Part shown: one piece after another, positions 42,912 through 55,686 of the stretch
Numbering within the stretch: the stretch's first letter is position 1
Layout of the letters: each line of letters begins with the position of its first letter
Source of the DNA: Zygnema circumcarinatum SAG 698-1b
Lineage: Eukaryota; Plantae; Zygnematophyceae
NCBI GenBank assembly: GCA_037447605.1
Contig: CM074816.1
Location: 2,508,525 to 2,572,524, forward strand
Length of the DNA stretch: 64,000 bases
Direction of reading: 5' to 3'
Notes under the pieces: model-generated
The model's database searches: none
The model's input: the letters and a program-made list of their open reading frames with translations, nothing else
What the model was told of the DNA's origin: nothing
Made by a program: the position numbers and the translations under genes

Positions 42912-44084
42912 ATGTCACTGCACCTCTCCTCCCCCCGGCCATGGCTGCCCCTTCAGACCCTAATTCCTTCTTCGGATCTCCCCTCCATTCGGAGGGTCGC
43001 TGGCAGCCATGGCGGGGACGATGTAGCTCTTCCGAGATTCGGCTCTATCGGAGACGTGCGGTTGCGACGCGTGGCAGGCAGGCGAATAGTACGAGATCGC
43101 CACAACCCTTAAAAACCCTTCAAAGCGGGAAAATGCTACATTAGAATTGAAGTATCAAATTTGTAATAATATTAATGTTTTCATACTTTGGGGCCTTGAA
43201 AAAAAACTGCTCTGATCGTTTTTAAAAGGGAAATCTAGACCTTTTCTAAATTCAAGTACGAATGAAGAATGGCTCCATGGCTCTTTAAATTTACAACGAA
43301 GCTGAAAAAAAAAAACGCTTAAAGAGTGTGCTGGTTTTGATGAACGATGCCTCTCAATAAAAAGCAAAGCATGACAACTTGAGTGTCAATTCACTCTCAC
43401 TTTTTGCGAAATTCCTTTGCCATTTTCATTTTTGCTCTTATTTCTCTCTAGTTGCCAGAGAGCATCATGTCTACGAATCTGCTGAAAAGAAGGGTTTTAG
43501 GGTTCTTTCACTTTTTAGGCAACAGATGATCCCTCATTCTTTTCAAGTCTCTTTTTTTCATTTCTTCGCAGTCTGTCATTACTTGAGATCTTGCATTCAA
43601 GCGTTTCTCGAACCTTCATCTCACAAACTTCAAAACCCTTTGCTGCAGACTCACGCGCAAAGTGTTCGACCTTTGCTCGTTGAATGCCGGCGATATCGAG
43701 ATAGGGAGAGAGAGAGAGAGGCTCTTCCCTACATTGTGACAGTAATAACTCCTCCTCCGAGGGCTTTGGGAGTACATCATTTGCCGCCTGTAAGCACGTC
43801 ATAACCTGTTACATTCCTTCGGCGTGGTTTTTCTTTTTCAGTTTCAGTTGCTTGTTTAGTTTTTAGTTTATCTTAATGCAGAATTTGCTGTGTTGAATGT
43901 GCAGAATATGCAATGTGGGGAGACGGTAGAGGTGAAGGGCGAACCCTACATTGTCTCGAGTGTGACCTATCGATATCAGCTGAGACGAGGGCGGTACGAG
44001 CCGAGTCAAAAGCGGCTCGAGGTGCAGACCACGGGGCGGTACTTAGTCAACTTGTTTCTGGATAATCTTCTCGAGACATCTTGA
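42912..44084 (+). CDS. Small conserved plant/cyanobacterial-type protein of unknown function (DUF6464-like), probably plastid-targeted; N-terminal exons uncertain
   Basis: The last two exons (ending at 43789; 43905-44084) give EALPYIVTVITPPPRALGVHHLPP|NMQCGETVEVKGEPYIVSSVTYRYQLRRGRYEPSQKRLEV...LDNLLETS*, resembling a conserved green-plant protein. The start at 42912 is a guess based on transit-peptide-like sequence. Confidence 0.6.
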
Positions 44085-45452
44085 GAAGATGATGATGATG
44101 ATGATGATGATGATGGCATGCTTACCTCATGATCGTGACGATGATAATAATCCAATGCGGCAGGAGATCACGGTCGAACTCAATTGGGATTACCCTAACC
44201 CTAAAAAACCGTAAAAACCCTAAAATCCCTAAAAACTTCAGGGGCTGAACCCTTTACCTTACCATTGCTCGGACTTTAAGGCTATTGCGGCAACCGATGC
44301 AGTCTGTATTTTAAGTGGCCAACGCCAATTAGTGGCTTAAATTACAGATGAATATGGAGCAATCCATTATTCATGGAGTCATCATCTTGTGTTTAATACA
44401 TTTGGAACATAAAAACATGGGATCTGCCGGCCTTCTCGTTGTGCTCCAACGGTCACCCTCCCCCCCCCCCCCTCCCCTTCCTAAAGGGCTCCTTTTCAAG
44501 TTGCTGCCCCTCTCTAAAGTGGTGATGTGGTTCGTAAAATCGTTCCCTCTTATTGCCTGCTGATAGTATCGAACTTGTGCACAGAATGGCCCAAAACTTG
44601 GCACGTGTCAAACGTGAGGCTCACTCCCCTCCCTAACTTGAAGGCCGCCCATAATTGGGAGGGCCATTTAGAAGGGAGTATTGCAAAAGGGGGGGACGGA
44701 TACTGAGGGGGGTAAGGAAATGAGGGGCGGGAGAAAATTAAGGGAGTCAAGGAAGCGAGGAAAAACAAATGAGGGAGGACGATATGGAGGGAGGGAGGGA
44801 GAGAGAACGACGTCACGTGCGCCTTGTTCACACCAGCAAGTGCTGCCCGGCTAAAGTAAGACCGTCGGGACACATACACTACATGAAAACCAAAAAAAAA
44901 AAAAATCTAGAATGCAACCCACATGGTGGCAGCATTTTATTTTTTAAGAAACCTTGAGTTGTGTGTTCGAGTGCTCTTGAGCTCAACCTCGACGACTGGC
45001 GTGACACACAGCAACGGTGCCGTACCGTACGGTACTGAACGTACGGATGTATGTATGCATGTGCACGTGCAGTATTACTGTCAGCTTCACATACCGTTAC
45101 TGTCGAGAGAGAGAGAGGGGGGGGAGAGAGTGGGGAGAGAAGAGGGGGAGAGAGAGAGAGAGGGGGGAAGGCGAGAGATACAGAGGTGCGGTTTGAGCAG
45201 AATTCCAAGAGGGAGAGCGGGAGGGAAGAGAGAATGGGGAGAGAGAGAGGAAAGTAGAACGAGCGAGAGTGGGAGTTAGAGAGAGATGGATAGATAGATA
45301 GGGAGAGGGAAACAGATATGGAGAGTCTGTGTGTGAGAGAGAGGTATAGAGAGAGAGATAGGGAGAGGGAGACAGATAGGGAGAGATTGTCTGATTTTGA
45401 GAGAGAGAGGTATAGACAGAGTGATAGGGAGAGGGAGACCGATAGGGAGAGA

Positions 45453-45486
<34 letters not shown>

Positions 45487-46399
45487 GAGGGAGGGAGAGT
45501 GCGAGGTCCAGTCCTATACCGTACGGTATTGAGTCCATTGACCCGCGTCGTTCCGTTTGACAGTGACTTGCAGATGTCGGTCCGCACGTGCGAACCGTCT
45601 CAAATTTGTCGTTTTTTGTCGGCGGCGACCGCCAGGGGCGGGCTGTTATCCAACGGCGCAAAGGCGCCCACGGGAAGGAGATCCGGGCAGAAAAAAATAG
45701 AACCAGAATCTGCCCGTTCGATTAAAACCAGTCCAGCCGTCCGATTTCATCCAGGAACTGCTAGGACCGTCATCATTTCCTTTCGTAGCTGCCCGATCTG
45801 GCGGTCAGAATACACAAAAAAGTAACATCCGTCCGATTAGATCTCGCGATCTTTCCCATCACCCGACGGCCGTCGTGTCTCTTCGCACAAGTGCGAAGTG
45901 GAAACTCGTACCTTTTTTTTTTGCCCATAGGGCAGAGAAACAATCAGTTATCCTGCCCGATTTATAAGGCAAGGCTAAAAGAAGACGTTCTATTGGCCAC
46001 TTTTGAAACGCCATAGAGTGGACGGCTTGGAATGTTTGCGTTCGACTGCCCGAGAGATGCCCGAAAATATTTTCAAGTGTGACGGGCAGGCCTAAAGATA
46101 TATTCTGCCCGCAGTCAGTTTGTACGGCTCCTGCACTTAAAAGCAGAGGGCCTTCTTTCGAGAGCGGGTAGTTGGCTGCGGTGTGGGGGAAAATTTTAGG
46201 GCTAAAAAAACTACTTTTTTGGTCCCTGTTTGCAGATTCCTGCATAAGAACACTCTGTAATCTAAACCCAAGACTTCCATTTTCTCGACTTCATTTTTTT
46301 TGGGGTTTTTTTTGAGCTAGATTTGGGTCCTTTCTGCGTTTAAGATAATACAGTTCTTCGATTCGTTTTTTTTTTTTCTGAAAAAAAAAGGACCAAGCG

Positions 46400-49300
46400 A
46401 TGAGGGAGAAATTTGGTCCTAATTTTCTGCTTGCAGGAGCGCTTGTGCTGCTGCTGGCTGCCAGCTGTCATGGCAGTAAGTACCCCCTTTATTTTCGATT
46501 ATCTATGGATTTATTTGTTTATTTGTTTCTAATTCGATCGAGTTCAGTCATCGTTTTTTTCTACAGATCTGTGAAAGCATTACCCAAATCGCTGAAGTCA
46601 GCGATCCATGTTCACCTTTTATCTTATTTCTGATTTTTTATTTTTATAGCTTGGATTAAATCCGAGCATTAAACTTGTTCTGTGCAAACTCATCGTTTTT
46701 TGATTTTGCCTCGTGCATTCGATTTCGAGTTGTATCCAGCCCCATTTTTTTATTTTGCTGATGTGTGTCTTCGCACGAAGAAAGGGATCGGAGGGAGGAG
46801 AAAGGGGGAGAGGGAGAGAGAGGGAGAGAGAGGGAGAGGGAGGGAGGGAAAGGGAGGGAGAGGGAGGGAGAGAGGGAGGGAGAGGGAGGGAGAGGGAGGG
46901 AGAGAGGGAGGGAGAGGAGGGAGAGGGAGGGAGAGGGAGGGAGAGGGAAGGGGGATGGAAATGGGAGGCTGTGATGGAGGGGAGAGAGGAAAAAGGAAGC
47001 AGGCGTGTGGAAAGGGAGAGGGAGAGGGAGAGGGAGAGGGAGAGGGAGAGGGCGAGGGAGAGGGAGAGGGAGAGGGAGAGGGAGAGGGAGAGGGAGAGTG
47101 GGAGTGGGAGAGGGAGGTAGGGTTTGGGATAGGGACAGGGATGGAAGGCAAAAATGAAGCAAGGGAGGAGGGGAGGGAATTGTAATGGGAGAACGAGAGG
47201 AAACAGACAGAGGGAGAGGGAACGGGAGGCAGAGATGGAGAGAGGGATTGGGAGAGGGAGAGGGAAAGGGAAGGGTGTGTGCGTGGGGTGATGAAGAGTG
47301 AACTTTAACGTTGAGAACTTGTCCGTGAATACGCACAGAGTCTCTGATTCCGGAAACGCCTTTGAAATCTGCTTTGAGTGACTCACTGAATTTTTTAAAA
47401 GCAAAAATTAGATTGTTTCTTCCATTCCCTCTGTCAGACTGATCACAATTCTATTAGACTCTCCCCGCATGCCTATTTTTCTCCATCTGTGTATTTTTTC
47501 CACCTAATCTTTTTGAATTTTTCACATGGAAACAGGCATTTGGCCGAGGCGAGTTTTGAAGGACCCTCGAGTTCCGCGCCTTTTGGCGGAGGATTGGAAT
47601 AATGAGGTAGAGGGAGAGGATGAAGGAACAGCAAACAAGGGTCTTGCTCCATCGGAACAGCAGACTGCTATGGAGAACGGCGGAACATGGAGTGGGGCTG
47701 GGAGTGCGGAGGAGGGAGAGGGCGGTAATGGTGAGGGAGAGGAGGGAGAGGAGGGAGGGAGTGAAGAAGAGGGGAGCTCTGAAGAGGCCGGAACGACAGG
47801 GGAGGAAGAAGGATGGGGAAGGAAGGACGGGAGGGGGAAAGAGGGAGGAGGAGAAGGTGGAGAAGGTGAGGGAGAGGGAGAGAGCGGGAGCGGAGAGGCT
47901 ACCGAGAACAGGGGAGGCGATGAAGGAAAGGGCGAGGGAGAGGGAGAGGGAGAGGGAGAGGGCGAGGGAGAGAGCGGGAGCGGAGAGGCTACCGAGAACA
48001 GGGGAGGCGATGAAGGGAAGGGCGAGGGAGAGGGAGAGGGAGAGAGCGGGAGCGGAGAGACTACTGAAAACAGGGGAGGTGATGAAAGGAAGGGAGAGGG
48101 AGAGAGCGGGAGCGGAGAGGCTACCGAGAACAGGGGAGGCGATGAAGGGAAGGGAGAGGGAGAGGGAGAGAGAGAGGGAGAGGGAGAAGGAGAAGGAGAG
48201 GGAGAGAGCGGGAGCGGAGAGACTACTGAGAACAGGGGAGGTAATGTAGGGAAGGGAGAGAAAGAGGGAGAGGGAGAGGGAGAGGCTGAGGGAGCGGGTG
48301 AAGGAGAAAGTCAGGAACCACGTGAAGGTTCGGGCAAGGGGGATGCTGAGCAGAAAGGAGAGCAGGGAGGGGATAATGAGGGAGAGGGTGAGGGAGGGAG
48401 TGGAGAAGATAGACAAGGAGAGAATGCGGAAGGAAGTGAACGCTCCGGTGAAGGTCAAGGTGAATCAGCTTCGTGGGAGAATACAGATTTGGGAGATACG
48501 GAGAAGAGAATTCCCAGTCCCTCTCTCGTTGCTGCAGGCCCCTTAGCACCGGTACTCCCTCATCGGCTAGAGGGTTCAACAACAGAGGGAGAGAATTCAA
48601 ACACAGAGGGAGAGGGCTCAAACACAGAAAGTGCAGAAGAAAAACAGTTGGAAGCAGCTTTTGGAGGTGGAGAGGTGGCTGGAGGGGAAGAAGCGGGCAA
48701 GGGGGGCAACTCTGCGGAAGATTCGCAAGAGGGAGAGGGAGAGGGAGGAGAAGGAGGACGAGTGGCAGGAGGACGAGCTGGCTCGCAAGGGGGAGAGGGA
48801 GAGGGAGAGGGAGAGGGAGGAGAAGGAGAAAGAGTGGCAGGAGGCCGAGCTGGCTCGCAAGGGGGAGAGAGAGAGGGAGAGGGTGAGGGAGAGGGAGAGG
48901 GAGGAGAAGGAGGACGAGTGGCAGGAGGCCGAGCTGGCTCGCAAGGGGGAGAGGGAGAGGGAGAGGGAGAGGGAGTGGCAGGAGGTCGAGCTAACGAGGG
49001 TGGTGATGGAGATGCGGCAGAGAAAGCGGAGAAAGATTGGGAGGAGAGAACTGGTCAGAGGAATGGTGGCAATGGAGCTAATGGGGAGGAGAGTAAAGGA
49101 GGGAGTGGGAGAGAAGGTGAGAGCGAGGCGGGAGCAGGAGGGAATGATAAGCCTGCTCAGAGGGAGGGCCAGTCTGGAGAGGGAGAGGAGAGTGAGAGCG
49201 GATTCTCTCAGAGTGAAGGAGGGAAGGGAGAGAACCAGGAGGGAGAGGCAAGTAAGGAGGAAAATTTTGGTGGAGAACCTGCAGATAAAACTGGTAAGAT

Positions 49301-50264
49301 TTCTTCTCTTCTGCATCTTAAAACTCGAAACTCGAACTTTCAAACCCTAACTTTCTAAATTTCTTATGTCCTGATATGTGACTAGGATGTCGTGGAAACC
49401 CAGGGAAAGCATATTTTGATCTCTCTCTCTCTCGTTCTTTTCTCTCTCTGTCTCTCTATCTATCTGACTCCCTCCCTCTTTCTCTCTTTCTCTCTCTTTA
49501 TATATATATCTCTCTCTTTCTTCTCGTTAGATATGCTTTAATGACAGTTTGAGCATACCCTCCCTCTCGGCTTTCCCTTTCTTCTAATTTCAAACACTTT
49601 CCTTTGAAGTCAGACATGGGCAGCCCCATTCAGAGTCCTATCTTTTAGGGTCTCTCAGGTCACAGGCTTTTTTTCGTTAGAAGACAGTTCCGGGAGGAGG
49701 GCCCTCTCTCTTTCTCCCCCTCTCTCCCTCACTCACCCACACAAGCTAATTAATGCTGAGGATGTTCGGCTCAACTCCCCTTTTGAGTAGCTAATTTTTT
49801 ACTAATCAAAGTCAGATCATAACTCAAACTATTGGCCTGATTTTTTTTGGCCTTATTTTTCTACAGCTGAAGGAGAGAACGAGACACAAACAGCACAAGT
49901 GGCAGAGACCTCAAACTCGCACACAGAAGAAGAGGGGGGTGGGGCGGGTTCGACGGAGGGGGGAGCCACATTTTCGAAGAAGGAAGAGCCATCCTCTAAT
50001 GGTGATGGGTTCGGGGTGAAGTCAAGCAGTGAAGGAGGAAAGGGAGAGGGAGAGAGTGGGAGAGGAGGAGGAGGAGGAGGAGGAGGAGGAGGCTTTTGGA
50101 TCGCTTTCTTGGCTCTGGTCGCCCTGAGCGGAGTGGTGGGCTATGCGATATATTCCCGATACGGGAGCTCGCGGATGCAGGGGAGGGGCTGGAGACCCCT
50201 TCAGGACGTGGAGATGATATGGAACACGGGGAGGACGGACAGTCAGCAGAGCTTGATTCGGTGA
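46400..50264 (+). CDS. Type-I membrane protein with signal peptide, very acidic Gly/Glu-repeat ectodomain, single TM and short tail
   Basis: Exons 46400-46475, 47536-49293, 49867-50264, with compatible phases. Signal peptide MREKFGPNFLLAGALVLLLAASCHG. Repeats ESGSGEATENRGGDEGKGEG x5 and VAGGRAGSQGGEGEG x4. TM FWIAFLALVALSGVVGYAIY. Confidence 0.75.
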
Positions 50265-52115
50265 GGGAGAGAGAGAGAGAGGGAGGGAGAGAGGGTGAGA
50301 GGGTGAGGGGAGGGGGGGGAGGGGGGAGGGAGGAGGGAGAAGGACAGACAGGGTGGTTTATTGAATGGAGGGAGAGAGAGTGAGGGGGAGACGAAGAGGG
50401 AGATGACGGAGAGGGAGAGGGGAAGGGAGACTGATAGGCAGAGCTTGATTTGTTGAAAAGCAGATGGGAGAGAGTGAGGGAGAGGGCAGGGAGAGGGACA
50501 GGGAGAAGGAGAAGGAGAGAGTGCGGAAGGAGGAAGAGGGAAGACGAGGGCGGAGGGGGAGAAGGAGAAGGTCGGGAGGAGGGCCGGAGGGAGGGTGACA
50601 GGAGGGGGGGTGAGAGAAACAGGCAAGAGAGAGAGACGATGTAGGAGGGGGGAGGGAACTACTTTGTGACGTGAAGATTCAAGGTGCACATGTGTATGCA
50701 AAGTAGTTGGGAGTGTGCATAGGGTGGGAGGCTTTTAGGGTTTCTGTGGAGAGCTGATTTATTTATTTGACGGGGAAGAGAAAGCAGGCGGCTGAAATTA
50801 GGGTTCGGGTTTTCGAGTACAATGTTGCCGCGGCTGCAGAGGCGCTTTTCAGCTTTGATGCTTAAATTCTTTTTTAATATGATTTTGATTTTTGCTTTTC
50901 TTTTGTCCCTCTCTATCTCCAACTCCAGCTCCCTCTCCCCCATCCCCCCTCTTTGCTTGAATAAGGCACTGTTTCGATTCAAGCAAAAACCCTTCGAAGA
51001 CCAGACTACTACAATTTCTCAATCACGCGTGAGCAACACATGATTTTACGCAACACTAAGTATATTTTTATCTTACATTTCTGTTCTTCTCTGCCCTCGC
51101 CGGATAATTGAAATATGGGGATATTGTGTCATCATCCCCTGTATGTCGAGCCCCATGCAAGGGATGGATGGAGGGCGGGCGGGAGGGAGGGAGGGGGAGA
51201 GCGGAGGTCGAAAGAACTTTGCCAATACACACCAGTGTAGCAAGCTCCATAGTTCAGCAACATTTCCATAATGATTCGCAAACCCACATTCAGCAGTCCA
51301 AAAGTTTGCGACAAAAACACCTCACTGGCACCAGTCCACGCCTCCTTCCTCTGACTCCCACCCTCGCTCCTCTAATCCCTCCAGCCTTTCCCCCCTCCTC
51401 CCTCCACTCCTCCCTTTCTTCCTCTCTCCCCCTCATCCCTCATCTCTTCCCCCTTCTCCTCCCTCCGTCCTCTCTCCTCTCCTCCTCTCCCTCATATCCT
51501 CCCTTCTCTCCTCCCTCACCTCCTTTCTCATTTCCCCCTCCTTTCCTCCCACCTCTCCTCCTTCCGCTCCTCCCTCTCTTCCCTCCCTCCTTTCCCCCCT
51601 CTCCTCTCTCCCTACTCACCCACTTCTCCTTCCTCCTTCCTACCTACTCTCCTCCCTCCTCCCTCCTATCCTCCCTCTCCCTCTCACCTCTAGTTCCTCC
51701 TCTCATCCCTCCCACTCCTCCCTCGCCTTCCTCCCTCTTCCACTTCCTCCCTACCTCTTCTCCTTCTCTTACCTCCTCTCCCGCTGCTCTCCTCCCCACC
51801 TCCGTCTCATCCCCCCTCTCTCATCTCCTTCCTCTCCACTCCTCTCCTCGTCTCCTCCCTCCCTCCCTCTTCTCCTTCATTTTTACCGCGCGGAAAGGCC
51901 TCCCAAAAGGGCCCGGACTCTGTACAGCGCCAAAGAAAGGAAAGACAACACTGGAAGGCCCAAAACTTCATCATCATTTCACCTCCAAATTCATCGTCAA
52001 ATACATCTCAACATGCATGGGTAGATGTATGCCTGTCTGTACGTATGGTGGCAGCTGTGTGTGCTCCCCCAGCCCTCTCTCCCTCTTTCTCTTTCTCTCA
52101 CACTCTCTCTCTCTC

Positions 52116-53837
52116 CTATGTGTTGGTAGCGCGTGTGTAAATGGCCTGTGTGGCGTGGTGGGAGACAAGGCGGATGGTCCCTCTCGCCATGAGGTCCTGC
52201 ACAGCCTTGCGGGCCAAGGACCCGCTGATCTGCAGCCCGCACCCAAACCCTAAATGTCACAACCCTAAAGTAGAAGAAAGTCCACAATGTGGAAACCCAA
52301 CATGGAAAGACTTTACGATGTAGGAAGTTTCCCGCGATGCAACAGACCCTAAAGGGTAAATGTTTCCTGCAATGCAAAATGAAGAGCATTTCCTGCAAAA
52401 TCTTAAAAGAACCTGAAGTCCTCCACGCATGGAGAGGAGGGAAGAGGGGGGTAGAAATAGCGAGAGCGAGAGATTGGGAGAACTCTGAGACAGTCGGAGA
52501 GTACAGAGCAAGTGTCGTGAAAGAGAGCGAGACGGTGGAGAATAGCGAAGTGGGGAAAGGGAGCGACAGCGTTGAGAGTGCAGAACGAGTGCAAGTGAGA
52601 GCAAAAGGCGCACGAGATAGAGAGAAAGAGAGAGACAGAGGGAGGGAGAGAGGGAGAAAGAGGATCACTCACTCTGAGACGGTCGGAGAGCACGGAAGAA
52701 GTGATAAGCTTGTACTTGGGCGCCTCGCTGAGCAGCTTGTCGTAGGTGGCTTGGTCAAACAGCACCTGGTTAACCACCTTCTCCTTCTGCTTGCCCTTGC
52801 TCCACTTCTGCACTCGCATCCAAAAAATGCAAATTCAATATAAACCTTTCCTACCAAAACGAATCTCTCGAGGAAGGCGGATAAGATGACACTTTCTCTC
52901 TCTCTCTCTCCCTGCTTTTCCGATCAAAGTCTGTCTGTCTCTCTCTCTACATTTTGCTACGACAGGCAGAGCATTGTGAAGTATACCAAAAAAAACCTTT
53001 AAAAGTAGTGATTATGAACTAAAAAAAAGGGCCGTAGAGAGGTAGAAAATCTCGCCTTCTTCTTCTGCTTGCCTCCCCCGGACTTGGCGGGCTTGGCAGC
53101 GTTCTTGTCGGGCTTCTGCTCCTTCTTGGGAGCCTGCACAGCGCGACGACACAAAGGGCATGAGAGGGAGAACGAAAGGGCGAGAGATAAAGAGGGAGAG
53201 GAGGGGGGGAGAGGGAGGGAGAGAGAGGGGGAGAGAGAAGGGAAGGGAATTCATTGGGAAGACCTAAACAAGAAGTGCTACAGGCAAAGGCTTGTAAGTA
53301 AGCTCTCCTTCACTCTCCCCTCCTCTCTCTCTCCCTCTCTTTCTCTCTCTCTCTCCTTCTCTCCCAAATCCCAATTTTAGACCAGCTAGAAGCCCCCCAC
53401 CCAAACCCTAATTTCCGTACACCGCCTGCAACCATCCGTACAGACCCCTGGAAAGCCCCACAGGGCCTCCCTTCCATCCTCTACCCACTCATCATTCCCA
53501 ACACATGCATGCATGCATGCGTGCATCCATACATAGCAACAAGCATGCCCCACATCCCATCATCTTCAACAGGCATAAAGCAATTGCATTGAGCCCACGT
53601 CTCACAAAGCGTCACGCGCTTTGGTACGAGAAGACAGAGCATTAAGAAGCCGTTGACGGTCGATGGGAGCGTTTCCATGCAGCATTTACGCGGGACTGAA
53701 TGAGAGATAACGGCCCTCGGCCGCATGGAGGCGGCGAGGCGATGGGAGAGAAGGGGAGGCAGGCAGGCAGGCAGGCAGGCAGGGATGGAGGGAGGGAGGG
53801 AGGAAGGCAGGGAGAGAGGAGGGCGGAGGCTCACCAT
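52116..53837 (-). CDS. RPS25: 40S ribosomal protein eS25
   Basis: M|[26 protein letters not shown]|[45 protein letters not shown]|[37 protein letters not shown]. The first exon is ATG only and intron 2 is GC-AG. Confidence 0.96.
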
Positions 53838-55686
53838 GGCTGCTGGCCTGCGAGGCGGGCGCGGAGGGAGGGCCTCGCGGGGGGCAGCGCGGAAAGGGAC
53901 AGACGAGGGGCGGGGGCGCGCCCATATCGAGCCCAGGGAGGGGGCGGGGGGGTGGGGTTCAGATGAGGGATTTCTTTTAAAATAAATATTTTAAAAGCCG
54001 GGAAGAAAGATGCTGTTTTGCTAAGTAAATGGTAAAGGTTCACCGGCACGTGGACATTTTGGATGGAAACAGGTCTCCAGTTCGAATCTCGCTAGCGCCG
54101 TACGATCCTTGGCACTTTGCTGTCGCCGCTACGTCGTTCATTGCCATCACTTCCAAATTTTACGATTTTCATTCTTTCGAGTGAGAGGAGAGCAGTCTCT
54201 CGTCCTCCATTACATTGTTTTTCATAAATCAGAGGCTTCATATAACAAATTGTGCAAGCTTTTGTGAAAACAAAGACGAATGCATGCATGCATCGTTGCT
54301 TTGCATGCCTATCGCAGTGCATTGGGGAACATTGTTGCCCAACACGAGCAATTGCATGGGACATGCATGCATGCATGCATGCATGGGACGCTCTAACATG
54401 CGCATCACCGCCGGTCGCAACATACCCAACACGAGCCTCTAGAGCTCGACTTGGGTCTGCAACATAGGGTGGGTTTCCATCAGCGTTTGCCTGTACCGCC
54501 ACATCGGATCATGAGTCATGAAGGGAGAATTGCGGGTTCCATCAGAGGTCGCGCGAGCCAATCAGCGGACGCCATGTGGACACAAGTACTCGTCCACCGT
54601 GGCCCACCGCGGTTACCGTACGTGCGATTAGGGTTAGGGTTAGGGTTCAGGCAGGCAGGCAGTCGCGTGCCGCCACCCCGACCTACGGTCACCGCGCGTT
54701 GGCGGCTGTGCGCCAGCGTGGCCGCCGTACCCCCGTGGCATCTCGAACGGATCATCAACGCCACGCGGCGGCGCACGATTGGAAAACTCAGGCGTAGTTT
54801 TGGGAATTGCCCTCAGGGGGTGTGTTCTGGGGAACTACGCCTGTGCCTTTAGCGATCTTGTGTTTTGTGGGAGCTGCCGTTCTTAGATCAAGGTTTGTGT
54901 TGGTCGTGGTCGTTGTTTGGTTAACCGAGTACAATGTCAAGTGACGTCGGCATAAGGTCATGAAAACATGCTTGTGTGTGAGCCCAAACATGAATTGTTC
55001 GTCATGATGACGTAATTGGACAACAAGACACAACAAGAAGATGGACGAACGGTGCTGACCAAAAAAAGATTCTCATTACAAACATTCTGTCCAAAATTGG
55101 GCTACAGATTCCCTGTCTCCCTCCTCTGCTTCTAACGACGAATCACAGTTTTGCTTCTCCTACCTAAACCTCTCTTCCTTTCTCTCTCTCTCTCTCTCTG
55201 TCTCATTATCTCGTTCTTTCTCTCTCTCCCCCCCCATCTCCCTCTTTCTTTCTCTCTTGCTCTCGCGCCCTCTCTTCTCCCACCCTCTCTCCCCCTTCCT
55301 CACCCTCTTCCTCTCCTCTCCTCCCTTTCTCCCTCCCACCCTCCCTCCGTCCCTCCCTCCCTCCGTCCCTCCCTCCATCCCCCCCTCCCCCCCTACCTTG
55401 CTTAAAGTGCAAAACTCCACCCAATAACACAACGTGAGTATGCCTCCTCCCCCTCCTCCTCCTCCCCCCTCCTCCTCCCCCTCCTCTCCCTCCTCCCCCC
55501 TCCTCCCTCCTCCCTCCTCCTTCCCCCCCTCCTCTCCCTCCTCCCCCCTCCTCCCTCCTCCCTCCTCCTTNNNNNNNNNNAAAAAAAAAAAAAAAAAAAA
55601 AAAAATCAATAGGATGATGTGGTGGGTTTTTCCCCCTCCCTTCTCTCCCCCTCCTTAAAGGGATGCTTCTGCTAGAATTACCGTAC

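Noticed and set aside
51108-52253. Long Leu/Ser/Pro or Arg/Glu ORFs (e.g. 381 aa here, 34075-35300, 18543-19524, 47454-48458)
   Set aside because: They are artefacts of stop-free CT/GA microsatellite tracts or antisense shadows of real exons.
52280-52340. Hairpin followed by ACA in RPS25 intron 3 as an H/ACA snoRNA
   Set aside because: There is no convincing H box, 5' hairpin or pseudouridylation pocket.
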